64,000 nt of DNA from contig NW_024704743.1 in the NCBI RefSeq assembly GCF_018977255.1, positions 108,502,001 to 108,566,000 of the forward strand, written 5' to 3'. Position 1 is the stretch's first letter; the number at the start of each line of letters is the position of its first letter. The translations under genes were made by a program, and so were the position numbers. The stretch comes from Callorhinchus milii (Eukaryota). Shown here in pieces: positions 13,196 to 24,865 of this stretch. A model generated the notes under the pieces. The model saw only the letters and a list, made by a program, of their open reading frames with translations, was not told the DNA's origin and did no database searches.

Positions 13196-14504
13196 ACCTG
13201 CTTCCGTATAATGAAAGGCAGTGTCTTACAGACACAGCCTGGGTGGTATTGGACCTTGGGTGTCTTTACAGGAAGAAGGCCATTCGGTCAATCACATTTC
13301 CTGCTTCCAGAATACGCTGTCCACCATCATGCTACACAACATTTTGCTACTTCCAAAAAAAGTATCTGAACACATCATCAATACGGAAGTGTTGAACTAA
13401 CTTATCACAGCTGCAGAAAGAAGGAATTTGCATTTATAAAGGTGAGAAAAGGGGCAATTAACCCAGTACTGAAGTACGTGTACTGTGTGTGTGACCTGCA
13501 AACCACACACTTAGCAGAGAGGAGCCTCATTATTACACACTTAAAAGCAAGTCTCATCACTAGCGTTATTGGAAAACAGCTATAAACATATTCTGATTAA
13601 TTTTAACATTTGTCTTTTTTATCTGCCAATTTTGCTGTTTGATGATCTGAATAAATGTAAAGCTTGTCATTATAAATTATTATTATTAATGTTAATAACG
13701 AACAGTGCTACCTGAGAGCTGATGACATCACTGGGGGGATTGATGCAGGAGTCACCAGTATCTGAATGTGTAAGAGCAGAGAATTAACACAGGGTTGAAA
13801 TGATACAATCACTGGAGCAACCAGGATTAATAACTGTATCCACTGGCATTAATTCAATTCCCTCACACTGTCAGGCTCAGGAGCTCCTTTAAACTAGTTT
13901 CTCTGATTATGTCACCAGAATTCAGTACATAAACAAAATTATTTCATATTATCCAGCCAAAATAGGCAGAATAAAATCCTAAAGGTGGTGATCATAATTC
14001 TCTGTAAATTGTCATTTTGTCCATCATTTACCAAATAAAGCTCTCCCAGAATTACACAAGGTGGGAAATATAACTTTCAATAAATTAATCCAGTTAAGTA
14101 TGCCTGCACTTACTAGGTAGACAATTAAAACTAACTTTCAAAACAGCAATTATGCTGACCTTTGATAGGTAAGAAATAATGGAAGGAGCTAAACAAAACA
14201 GAAACAGAGGGAATATTTGAACAGAGATGATGGAATGAGAGCAATTACAGTGATATCAGTCTGAGATTTAAATGGAGGAGCCAGTAAAAAATGCAAAAAA
14301 CCTCCTGCATTTATGTAGTGCGCTTCATGCAGGATGGCATGTCGGAGTACTGTGATAATAATCCGTGCATTTGATGTGCCACAATTCAAGAGAACGTCTC
14401 AAAGCGCTTCACAGCATTTACTGTAAAGTGCAATGACTGTATTTTGAGGCCAAAACCAAAACCTGATTTTGAAAAAGATTGAATTGGAATGGTTTTCCTG
14501 ATGG

Positions 14505-14716
14505 AACTCTGGAATTCTCTGTCCCCAAACGGCTGTGGATGCTGGATCCATTAAAATTTTCAAGACTGAGGTGGATACATTTTTGTTAGGTAAAGGTATC
14601 AAGGGATATGGGGCAAAGGTGGGTAATTGGAGTTGAGGTACAGATCAGCCATGATTTAATATAATGATGAAACAGGCTCAAGGGGCTGAATGGTCTACTC
14701 CTGTTCCTATGTTCCA
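14505..14716 (+). mobile_element. CR1 LINE 3' end
   Basis: LWNSL…[18 protein letters not shown] then cagatcagccatgat…ggggctgaatggtctactcctgttcctatgttcc, a typical shark CR1 terminus. Confidence 0.85.
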
Positions 14717-14793
14717 GAAATCACTGGTTTCAGGATTTCGTAAATGACAAAATGTAAATGATATTAAGAAATACTGCAAAATCTGCTGCTTGT

Positions 14794-15030
14794 TGGGAGA
14801 AATTCCAAATAGGTCTAAATTTGCTCTATCTGTGTACCATTTCAGAGCATCCAGAATTTGACAAATTCTTAAACACAGCCTTTAACTTTGAATCTGTTTT
14901 TTCTTTATTTTTTAAGGACCACAGAAAACCAACTTCAAAATTAAAGACCGAATTTGATGATTTGTCAAAGTGATGCTCTAAAATGCCACATAAACAGAGT
15001 AAATCTAGAACAAAATGGAATTTCTCCCCA
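14794..15030. mobile_element. Palindromic MITE, family A
   Basis: Left end tgggagaaattcca…tctaaatttgctct mirrors right end agagtaaatctag…tggaatttctcccca; the arms are inverted along most of the element. Confidence 0.8.
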
Positions 15031-15728
15031 TTTTACTCCCCATTACTTAATTCCTCTTTCTCTCTTTCTTTCTCTCTACCTGAGGACATGTAGATGATTT
15101 GGATTAAATCATGGATTAAAAACACCACCAATAAGCCAGTCTCTTCAATGTGCAACACAGAACATGCTTTGACCTGAGGTTTGTTAATGGTTGCATGTGT
15201 GTACTCCAGTTTCACAATGCAATTTGTGAGGTAAATAACTAGGTTACACCAAATACTACATCTCTGCTGCTGGGAGTGAAGCTGAGGTGAATTGGACATT
15301 TATGAAGATGTAAATGCATCACTACAAAACAACATTGAAATGAAGATGCAGCCTTATAAATCTTGAAAGTCACAAAAAAGTAACATTACTGTTTATTTCT
15401 TTTATTGTGTTGCAGTTGCGAAACTGCAGCAGATTAACAAATCCTACAGCATAGATTTTTTAAAATCTGAATTTAATCTCAATGTCATAAAAAAATCTGA
15501 TCCACTTCATTTTGGGAACGTTGTGTTCTTTAGCCAAAATGAGTTAAAGCTTCAATCAAAAAACTGGGAACAAAAATGATATTTTTGTCGCTTCTATTGC
15601 TTTCCCCTCACAACTCCTTCCCATCCACAGTAGCTTTCCTTACCTGAATCTTTAAAATATATCAAAGACATCATTTGCACACATTAAGATTCTGACTCAC
15701 TTTGACCTTCACCAGAGGTATCATGCGT

Positions 15729-15925
15729 GTCAGCCTGGCTCAGTCAGCAGCATTCTCACCTCTGAGTTAGAAGGTTGTTGGTTCAAGCCCCAAGTTGTAC
15801 CTTTGAACTTACATGGGGCTCGGCTGACATTCCAATGCAGCGATAGGGGAGCGCTGCATTGTCAGGAGTGCTGTCCTTCGAATAATATACCGATGTCTCA
15901 TCTGCTTTTCCAGGTGGATGTTAGT
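15729..15925 (+). mobile_element. Deu-domain SINE, tRNA head and 5' part
   Basis: gtcagcctggctcagt (A-box-like)…tctgagttagaaggttgttggttcaagccc (B-box-like)…gcgctgcattgtcagga…caggtggatgtta, collinear with the 33754 copy. Confidence 0.75.
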
Positions 15926-16024
15926 GACAATGTATCTTGTAGGCGAGTGAGAGAAACATGACATAATTGAAACATAGTCATTATAGAAATGCACACAAGA
16001 TCTATCAATAAATCCATGAAGCAC

Positions 16025-16247
16025 GTGCCACACTATTGAACTGAGTGTTGTACCAGTGTCCTGTAGCTGTGCGGTGCATTGCAGGGCTATGTAGGATACA
16101 ACACCACAGTTGAAAGGGTAGAAATTCACACTATGAAGCTGTATTGTACACAGTGTCAATGACTTTTCTCCCCCAGCTGGGTAGAGTTACAGTCTTCCTT
16201 TCATCAAAAATTAACTTTATTTCATTTAACGTCCCACAATTTAAACA
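16025..16247 (+). repeat. Copy 1 of a ~220-bp direct duplication (copy 2 at 17998-18220)
   Basis: Collinear high-identity match read directly from the sequence (gtgccac…ccacagttgaaagggtagaaattcacactatgaagctg…cccacaatttaa). Confidence 0.95.
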
Positions 16248-17644
16248 GAAATAAGATACAGTATCTATCTAGAAATGAAAGAAGCGCTGAATGCTTTCCA
16301 CAGAGTGGAAAGCAAAACAATTAAATTAAAATTATACAGAATTTTTTTTTCATGTTGTCTTAAAAGTGGTATTTTATTCTGAAATCTGTATTCCCCCTCC
16401 CCCGCATTTCCCATCTCAATCAATTGTTTGAATGTAGCAATCTAATCCTTAGAAGCAAAGCAGATTTACAGTGTCTTAAACTCTTCAAAATAATTGGAAT
16501 ATGCTTAATAGTGCATTCGTACTTGGGGTGCAGTGTAATAGAAATCATTAAATCCAGTGGATAGAAGAAGGTTGGGTTTATCTAATTACACAAGCAGCAA
16601 CAGAGAAAGAGAAATTGAGGCAAACAATAAAAGGAACAATCGTTTACCCACCAGAGCCCTCAGACTCCCAGTCTGTGCAATTATTCAGTCCTGGATTGAG
16701 GTTGGTTTCTCGTTCAGTCACGGTTTAAAAGCTTAAGCTTTCATAAAAATGAAAGAAAATCGCTGCCGTTTGATATCAGATGTTATTGTGTAATTAAAAA
16801 TAGCAGAGGCAAAAAAAATTATGTTCGCCTCTTTCGTTCTGCCTGACATTCTGCCCTAAAATTCAATCATCTCAATCAAAGAATATTGAAACTACATCGG
16901 ATTTCCAGCCATTGATTCCCGTTCTTAAAAGGTGACTTAAACAATTACATTCGGACCCCCAGATGCATTTAGAAGCTGATTTTGCCACTGCAGCCTTGTG
17001 ATTTAAATAACTCCACTATAACATACAAGCCCTAATGATTGGAGTTCACATACTGCCTAAAGGCTGCCTGCATCTTTGGACTACATTAACCTACATGTCC
17101 ATCACACAAACAAAATAATGGAACATTACAAGGTTACTGCATGCAAACCTTCCAGATGATATGTAACCTAATGCGGCTACACACGACGATATTCATTATC
17201 ACTCTCAGTGCAGCGATAGATTTTGCTCATAATTTAGATCAGAAGTAACATTATTAAAAGGATTTGTAACCAGTTCTGCCAACTGCTAACAACTGTCACT
17301 AACATCTGAAATAAATGCCTTCAATTCTGATGCAATGGTATATTCTGGGAAATATTCACAATTTTTGCACACTGGAGATTAATCACTCAATGAAATCACT
17401 GGAGATTAATCACTTAATCACTTAATGAAAAGGTGAACAGGGTGTTTATACATTGGCTTGGGCTCAGATCAACTATTCAGTTTATTTCTCTCTGACCTCA
17501 AACATTGTAGTTTACAAGAAATACCTTTGGGCTCATGTGCTTTCCAATCTGCATGGTTAACCTCACTTTGCAGCTCTTTAGTAAAGGAGCTCATCAAAGT
17601 TTTAATTTCCACAAAGCATAAAGGGCATAAAATTGGTCAAGCAC

Positions 17645-17805
17645 ACCATAGCTGTCGGTGTGACATTGCTGTATGCAAATTCCCTTGCCATGTTTGCCTA
17701 CAAAATACACAGTCACACCACTTTACAGTATTTCCCATGAAGGAATTTGAGCCATCTCGACAACGCAATAAGGCACTATATGAAGCAATGATTATTATTA
17801 TTATA
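17645..17805 (+). mobile_element. SINE 3' half
   Basis: gacattgctgtatgcaaatt…cagtcac…ataaggcactatatgaagcaatgattattattatta. Confidence 0.7.
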
Positions 17806-17997
17806 ATAACTGGTCTGAAACTAAAACCCCTCAGAACATTTCAGTCTAGGTTTTCCTACACAGAGAGTGCTATGAATATTGCGCCAATTGAATCCGTAGC
17901 GGCAAAGCAGATTTCACAAATGTCTTAAAATCTTCAAAATAACTAGAAGATTCTTCCTAATTATATGAATATATCTTCAGACAGGAAATATTCAAAG

Positions 17998-18220
17998 GTG
18001 CCACGTTATTGAACTGGGTGTTGTACCAGTATCCTGTAGCTGTGCGGTGCATTGCAGAGCTATGTAAAATACAACACCACAGTTGAAAGGGTAGAAATTC
18101 ACACTATGAAGCTGCATTGTATACGGTGTCAATGACTTTTCTCCCTCAGCTGGGTAGAGTTACAGCCATCCTTTCATCAAAAATCAACTTTATTTCATGT
18201 AATGGCCCACAATTTAAGCA
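17998..18220 (+). repeat. Copy 2 of the ~220-bp direct duplication
   Basis: Matches 16025-16247 at an offset of 1973 bp. Confidence 0.95.
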
Positions 18221-19654
18221 TGACATTTTGAATGTATCACATTTGAAGATCTAATGCACAGAAAGAGCCATTACCCTATTTTATTTACAATATTTTCTCT
18301 CTATAAAGTGAAATACTCACATAGCTGAGAAAAACAATCTTCTCGGTATTTCTATAGGTTTGAGGGATCGAATTCTCTAAACTTGGATTTGTGGAAAGCT
18401 GGATAAAAGTAGAGTCTAGCGATTAAAATCTTCCCTTAAAAAATAGCTTGTCCGTTGCCCTATAGATCCATAGACTCATTTAAAAGGCATGGGTCATTCA
18501 CTGGATGCAGCTGCCTCCTGAGACACATTGTCTAAGGTCAATTCTAGTAATAACCTGGCCGCCAAAGGCAATACATCCTTGGAAATTCACTGTGTAAAGT
18601 ATTTATCACCTCTCCCATTTCTCCTTCCTTTAAAAAATAATTTCTGTTGTGCCCCATGAGAAACTGGGATTAAAGCTGGTGTTTTCTTAAATGCCTTCCA
18701 TACCTTCACGATCACCAGAAATTATTTATGCTGTTTTATAGCTATTGCATGCAAACATCATGGTATATTAACAAAATAAAAACTAATACAAATCAGGGAA
18801 GGAGAGCTGACTGACCAATCAGGCATTAATAGTTTAAAGTGTAAAATAGAGGTGAATTCAAGCATTATAAGAAAAAAATTGCCTTCAGTTCTGAAGTGAT
18901 GGTATATTCCAACCATTAGACATGAATTGCTTACTCAACGGTGCTCTCTGAAACGTTGGACTGTCATCTGAGAGTTTAGACACAGTCATTGGACTTCTAG
19001 CAACCATTATGTTTTCACAAAGTGTCATAAAAGGGACATCGAGCCTTCCCCATTGACTTGAGTTTGACACAGCCTCTAAAGGAATTGAATCCACAATATT
19101 CTCGGGTGTGCTTCTCAGGAGGTTATTTTAAGTAAAATAACGATCAGAAATAAAACTCTGCAAATTCATCAAACAGCACCTATTAGTTGCTCTCTATATA
19201 CAAAAACAACTAACAAATACAACCCAGCAGTCAATCAGATTTTAAGCAAGAGTCTAGAAAATTATCTTGTGCCTTCAGAGTGCAAATAAAAATGGGCTGT
19301 GCACTTATTGTAAAACATAGTGTTCTGGCTGAAGCAGTGCAATTGCTGGGTAAGGGGCAGAGATAGCAGATACAACAACCTACCTAATGTCAAGAACTGA
19401 GGGGCAACCTTGAATTAGCTCTGAAATAATTCAGGATCATAAATACATGTAGACCATCGCTCAGTATTTATCTATGAAGGCAGAAAAGGGGAAGATAGTA
19501 TAAAAAAGGATAAAGCAATTTAGCGATTATTGTATCAAGTGAGGGGGCTGCTATAAAGAAATAATTTCCCATAATTTGATTTCTTTAAAGGTTAAAATGA
19601 AAATAGTAAAGCACTGAAATCTTTGTGAGAGAGCTTCGGCATTTTGCAATACAA

Positions 19655-19953
19655 AGGGATAGAAATTCCACCTAGGTCTAGATTTTACTCTAAGTGCAAC
19701 CCGCGTGAAGGGCGCTATATTAATGCATGTTGTTGTCATTGTTTTCTTTTCTTAGCAATTCAGAGCGCATAGAATTTGGCAAATTATTTAATTCAGTGCT
19801 AGCTTTGAAGGTGGTTTCACTGTATTTTCTAAAAGAATTTACAAAAAAAAGTGGCTTTGAAATAAGACTGTGTTTAAGAAGTTGCAACAACTGGAGGCTT
19901 TAAAATTCTGAGTCAATGGGGTAAATCTTAGACCCGGAAGGGATTTCTACCTG
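19655..19953. mobile_element. Palindromic MITE family A, containing a short L2-tail insertion (~19700-19750)
   Basis: Ends gggatagaaattccacctaggtctagatttt and gtaaatcttagacccggaagggatttctacc; internal cgtgaagggcgctatattaatgcatgttgttgt is an L2-type tail. Confidence 0.7.
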
Positions 19954-20205
19954 TAATTGTGTGTATGTGATTTTCAAATATTTGACTTGGGTTCTCATGA
20001 CATCTTCACCCTCAAGAAGGATAATTTCAGAATCTCTGAGTCTCTGTAGTCACCCTTTTGTTTCAGCAGATCCATCATTAAACGTGTTTGCAACAAAATC
20101 TAAAGGTACAAAAATAATAACAACAAAAAGGAAGGAAATGGAATGCATACAAGCCATGGGCAGGATATTGATACCAATTTGTTTTGTTATCTTCTTTCTT
20201 CTTTC

Positions 20206-20531
20206 GTGGAGTCCTGTAGCTCAGTGGTTAGAGCACTCGCTTTGCAAGCGAGAGACCTGAGTTCAATTCCAGGCAGGGCGAAACCTTGGGCAAGTTTCCT
20301 TACTCCACACGCCTAATAATAATCCCTCCAAAACCAAAAACAATAATAAAAATTGGTCATTTTCAATCTACGACTGTTTGTGGGACATTGCTGTGCGCAA
20401 TTGGCTGCCGCGTTCGCCCACAAATATACAGTCAATTCACTTTACAGTGTGTTCTGTGAAGCGCTTTGGGACGTCCTCCCGACGTGAAAAGCGCTATATC
20501 AAATGCAAGGATTATTATTATTATTATTATT
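20206..20531 (+). mobile_element. Full-length young tRNA(Ala-TGC)-derived SINE with partial Deu domain and L2-type tail
   Basis: Head tagctcagtggttagagc (A box), ctcgc-tttgcaa-gcgag anticodon arm, gagttcaattcc (B box); body ctgtttgtgggacattgctgtgcgcaattggctgccgcgtt; tail aagcgctatatcaaatgcaagg(ATT)n; near-identical copy at 57951. Confidence 0.95.
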
Positions 20532-20706
20532 GTATGTTTACCTATTGCTCATTTGCCCTTTCTCCCACTGCTCCTCAAGTCACATATTCTCCATTCTCGA
20601 GGAGATGGCCAATTCCAACCATAAGAGGAGCGAGTCTTGAGAGGATGGGGGAATGGTGACATAGGGACAAGACTGTATTTCCTTTCCCCTGTAGAGGGGG
20701 ATACTC

Positions 20707-20816
20707 TTTGCCCACAAAATATACAGTGACTTTACAGTATATTCTGTGAAGCACTTTGAGACATCTCGAAGACCTGATAAGGCGCTTATCAAATACAAGG
20801 ATTATTATTATTATTA
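20707..20816 (+). mobile_element. SINE 3' tail
   Basis: gcccacaaaatatacagtgacttt…aaggcgcttatcaaatacaaggattattattatt. Confidence 0.8.
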
Positions 20817-20846
20817 TATTATTACTCTGTCACTCCATCTTGTTTT

Positions 20847-21056
20847 CAGTGGTGGCTGGTGACCTTTTTGACAGGTGAGGCAATTTTGGGTTTGCTTAAC
20901 CAAAGCTATCTTGTTACCATGACAACAGGCCCTTTGCACATACGCAACGGCTTGGCCCCTCTCCTGCTGGCCTCGCTCCAGCAACAGTATTGCTTTGCGT
21001 CTCTCCCCCAAATTCAAGGTGAGGCACTACCCTACTTGCCTCACCTGGTGCCACTG
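20847..21056. mobile_element. Small non-autonomous hAT-type DNA element
   Basis: Termini CAGTGG…CCACTG; subterminal aggtgaggca twice plus inverted tgcctcacct; flanks cttgtttt (20839-20846) and cttgtctt (21057-21064) form a 7/8 match to an 8-bp TSD. Confidence 0.6.
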
Positions 21057-21257
21057 CTTGTCTTTCTGACTGAGAGTTGGTGAGACTCGCATTATATAAA
21101 AATAGATTGATAAGTCGACTTATAAAGGCCTTGAAAATCCTGCTGCTTTAGAACCCAAACTCTTTACATATTAACAGGGTTAAGGTGGTTTAACCTTCCT
21201 CACTGAGGATATTAGCAGCTCCTCACACAATGGGACATGATTTGTATACCTTACAAG

Positions 21258-21400
21258 ATCAACAACAACAACTTGCATTTATACAGTGCCCTTCATGCCG
21301 GGTAGTGTCCCAGAGAGCTTCATAGTGGTGGAGTGTGACAACAAGCCAGGGGGAGAGGGAGGAGGGAGGTGACCATAAGCAGGATCTTATGGAGGAAGAT
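21258..21400 (-). mobile_element. L2 LINE 3' tail
   Basis: aacaacaacaacttgcatttatacagtgcc…gtcccagagagctt…ggaggtgaccataagcagg, collinear with 24180-24300. Confidence 0.65.
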
Positions 21401-21544
21401 TCAGAAAGGCTTTGTATTCCACGAATGTGCAATAAATACAGTGTTACAATGAATAGTGTCAGTCAAACTGCCCAGAACTAAGAAAAAAATGTAAAGTTAC
21501 AAGAATTTATTTTACATACAATTGTTAGATTGCTTTACCACAAA

Positions 21545-21965
21545 TCGCTATTGAATCCATTTAACGGCATTTAAAAGGGAATTGGATAAATATTTGAGGA
21601 AACCTATGGAGAGAAATTCCCAACTGGGTCTAGATTTACTTCATTAATGAAACATTGTAGAACATCCAGAATTTGGCAACTTCTTAAATGCAACCTTAAT
21701 TTTGAAACAGGATTTGTGTAAGTTTCTTTCAAGAACTCCGGAAAACTGACTTCAAAGTTAAACAATCTGTCAAATTATGCGCAATCTAAAATGCAGCATA
21801 GCAGAAAGCTGCACCAGGAGAAATTCCTCTCCATTCACGTATTAAAAGATACCTGGAACAGTTAGGAGACTGGGATTAGAATAGGTAACGTCAGTGGGCC
21901 AGCTAGCCGCAACAGCGGCAGTCACAATGGGCCAATGGTTTCCATTTGTGCTGTAAAATTTGTCA
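21545..21965 (+). mobile_element. CR1 3' end split by a MITE
   Basis: gcatttaaaagggaattggataaatatttgagga before 21606 resumes after 21833 with attaaaagata…gggattaga…atgggccaatggtttccatttgtgctgtaaaatt. Confidence 0.65.
21607..21833. mobile_element. Palindromic MITE family A
   Basis: tggagagaaattcccaactgggtctagatttact … ccaggagaaattcctctcca; internal arms gaatttggcaacttcttaaat and gacttcaaagtta match the other copies. Confidence 0.75.
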
Positions 21966-22524
21966 GTCTTTCTAGTTCTCCACTGAGTCCAATACTGAAA
22001 TAAACAGAATCATTCTGAATTCTGAAGTGTTACTCAGTGTAGCAACAGGAAAGTGAGGTACTCTCTTCTACAGGAAGGCTTTTTTTTGTCTAATGTGCTC
22101 ACACAGTCCTGTCCATATGTTTCAGTGCCAGTAAGAAGCTTTGATCTTGAGAGTTGAATGAGGTATGGTTGCCCATTCAGAGTTGGTAGAACTGCATCAT
22201 TTTAAGTGACAATTTATTGCAGGGCTCGAAACATCAGCACTGGTCACCAATTACAACGGGTTTTCTAATGGGTCCTCAGCAAATTACTCTAACTTCATTA
22301 TTTTAAAAGGCAGTGTCTGTCCATCCCTGCACAGGATATTGAAGTGAATTTCGTACCATGTAATAGCTTTAACAGCTTATATTGCAGCGTATTCATAATG
22401 AATGGTTTTCATTACTAAATATCCAACTGGAAACTATAGGGTATAAAATACGGGATTTCTAATTAAGGAGCCAAGCAATGCTTTTTGTTTTTACAGATTT
22501 GCTCTATCAGAACTATTATGGAGT

Positions 22525-22730
22525 CTGTTCTGGCCAACAATATAATCCCCCAAATAAAATTGGTCATTCACTTCAAGGTTGTTTGTAGGACATTGCTGTG
22601 TGCAAATTGGTTGCTATGTTTGCCTACAAATAGACAGTCACTTCACAGTACTGTATATTCTGAGAAGCGCTTTCTAAGACAGTCTCCTGATGCGACACAA
22701 TATATCAAAATATAAGGCTTATTATTATCT
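22525..22730 (+). mobile_element. Deu-domain SINE 3' half
   Basis: ctggccaaca…aattggtcattcac…ggacattgctgtgtgcaaattgg…aagcgcttt…tatatcaaaatataaggcttattatt. Confidence 0.75.
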
Positions 22731-23527
22731 TATTGAAGAAATTATTGATTCAAAATATTAAGTGAACGGAAAGAGTTAATTACTTCGAGCATGAATGTTA
22801 TTTCCTTTCAGCCAACAGAGGGTGGGTTAAATTGCATCAGAAAGTGATAGCTGGAGACGGTGAGAAAGTTAATTTCAAACTTGTATTAAAGAAACGCAAC
22901 TGTCCCTGGTGTAAGGAGTTCTTTCACACTTATCTTAAACCAGTTATAGACTGTTATCATCTCTGCACTATGACATATTAAAAAAAATACATCAGCCTTT
23001 AATATCTCACCCATCTTTAATGTTGACTGCAGTGCTTCCAATAGGTAGCAGAGAACCTTCTCAGTCACTATTATCTGAACAAGCTGAAAGACTGATCTTC
23101 AGGTCAGAAATATAAAGGGGGGAATGGGTCAACAGAAGTATCGGATGGTGGTTAAATCATTTGAAATAATAATAATAATCCTTGCATGTTATATAACGCC
23201 TTATAAAATTTGAGAGATATATAATAATAGTAGCCCCTACCCTCACCCTCCACTCCCCCACCACCGCTGATTCTGCATGGAATTGAATAGATAGTGTGAA
23301 CTGGCTATATTATTTTGTTATTTGCAAACATGCAGTAGTGATCTTCAAAGGGCATTGGATTTGCTACAGCTATTTAAAAGTCTGGGTTAAGATGTCTAAT
23401 TTTAACATTGTCTCTATTGTAATACAACAGTGCAGAGATGACAGCACATTAAATAAGTAGTTTAAGAGAAGTCTTAAAGAACTCCTTACAACCTGAACAC
23501 AAGTGGCTTCTTGTAATAGAAATGCGT

Positions 23528-23722
23528 TTTAACTCTGAATGCTGCGAGTGATTTAACTCTCTGAATGCTGGGAGTGATTTGACTCTCTGAATGCTGAGTG
23601 ATTTAACTCTCTAAATGCTAAGAGTGATTTAACTCTCTGAATGCTGAGAGTGATTTAACTCTCTGAATGCTGAGTGATTTAACTCTCTGAATGCTGAGAG
23701 TGATTTATCTCTCTGAATTCTG
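23528..23722. repeat. Minisatellite, 24/26-bp unit tttaactctctgaatgctg(ag)agtga, about 7.7 copies
   Basis: Head-to-tail units read directly from the sequence. Confidence 0.95.
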
Positions 23723-24009
23723 TTTCTACTTTCAATCTGCTTCTCCACTTTCTTCCATGTGATATCTGCAGTAAGCGTTTCCCTGAACATTTACAATGCA
23801 TGATCAAACAAACAGAAGAGTGCACTGAGCATTGTTTAATTCTGGCAATCACAAAAATGAAAGTGAAATGTTTGTCCTGGAGTTTTGATGCAGAGATAGA
23901 ACTGAAGTTAGGTAATTAGGTAATTAGGCACAAATTGGATAAAGATGGAATGATTCCCTACTTTTAATGTTGTATCTGGAACTTTAGTCTGTAACAAGAG
24001 CAAATATTT

Positions 24010-24865
24010 GGGTAGGGAGAATGTGGAACTTGTTGCTAGAATCTGTGACTGAAGCAAACAGGGTCAATGTATTTAAGAGAAACCTTGGTTAATTACATGA
24101 GGGAGAAAGGAATAGGGGGCTTAGGAGAGGGGAATAGGAGTGGTGGAGGCTTGTGTGGTATATAAATACCTCCACCGCCAACAACAACTTGCATTTGTAT
24201 AATGCTGCTCACGCAGGGTAGCGTCCCAGAGCACTTGATAGTGGCCGGCACGACACCGAGTTGGGGGGAGGTGACCATAGGCACGATAGAATAGGAAGGT
24301 CTTCAGGCGCAGCCTGAAAATAGGGAAGGAAGGGGCAAGGCAAAGGGATAGAGGAAGAGTATTTCAGAGTTTCGGGGCGTAGTGGCTGAAAGTATGGCCA
24401 CCAATGGTAGAACAAAGGGCACAGGGAAATGCAGTCGAGCGGAGGCAGGGCATTGTGGGTTGGGGGGTAAGCAGGTCGGAGAGATAGGGAGGTGCCAGGC
24501 ATGAAGGGATTTAAAAATGAATGTGAGGATCTTGAAATTGACCTGTTCAGTGATAGGGAGCCAGTGGAGCTCAGCTAGAACTGGAATGATGGGGTTATGG
24601 AGTTTAGTCCGGGTGAGTATGTGGTCGTTGGAGTTTTGGATCAGTCGGATCCTGTGCATGGTGGAGCTGGGTCGACCATCAAAGAGGGCATTTAAGAAGT
24701 CCAGTCAGGAGGTGACGAATGCATGGACGAATGTTTCGGCTGCATCCGGGGTAAGGTGCGGTCGGAGGCGAGCAATGTGGCGGAGGTGGAGGAACGTGGA
24801 GCACCTACCAGTTGGGCCAAATGGCCCGTTTTCTTGCTGTATCACTCAGTGTAACTCTGTGTAAC
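24010..24865 (+). mobile_element. CR1 3' end split by an antisense L2 insertion
   Basis: atgtggaact…atttaagagaaacctt…catgagggagaaaggaatag…ggaggcttgtgtgg (to ~24170) resumes at ~24797 with ccagttgggccaaatggcccgttttcttgctgt…gtaactctgtgtaa. Confidence 0.7.
24178..24795 (-). mobile_element. L2 LINE 3' fragment
   Basis: Minus-strand ORF IQNSNDHILTRTKLHNPIIPVLAELHWLPITEQVNFKILTFIFKSLH is the L2 ORF2 C-terminal motif; terminates in (TTG)n. Confidence 0.92.

Noticed and set aside
17370..17430. Short tandem duplications (27 bp here; 21 bp at about 42385-42428 and 42790-42830)
   Set aside because: Ordinary slippage duplications with no sign of function
20209..20281. tRNA-Ala(TGC) gene
   Set aside because: The D and anticodon arms pair but the T stem (ctgag/ccagg) and first acceptor pair do not, and the sequence continues straight into a multi-copy SINE body; it is a SINE head (same for the copies at 57951-59014)
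20378..20659. Recurring small protein family (…RNWLPRSPTNIQSIHFTV…KCKDYYYYY) in many ORFs
   Set aside because: These ORFs (also 12984, 58010, 58353, 58752, 62698) are translations of the same SINE; poly-Tyr is the (ATT)n tail
23528..23722. CRISPR-like array
   Set aside because: Units are contiguous with no unique spacers, there are no cas genes, and the context is vertebrate DNA; it is a minisatellite
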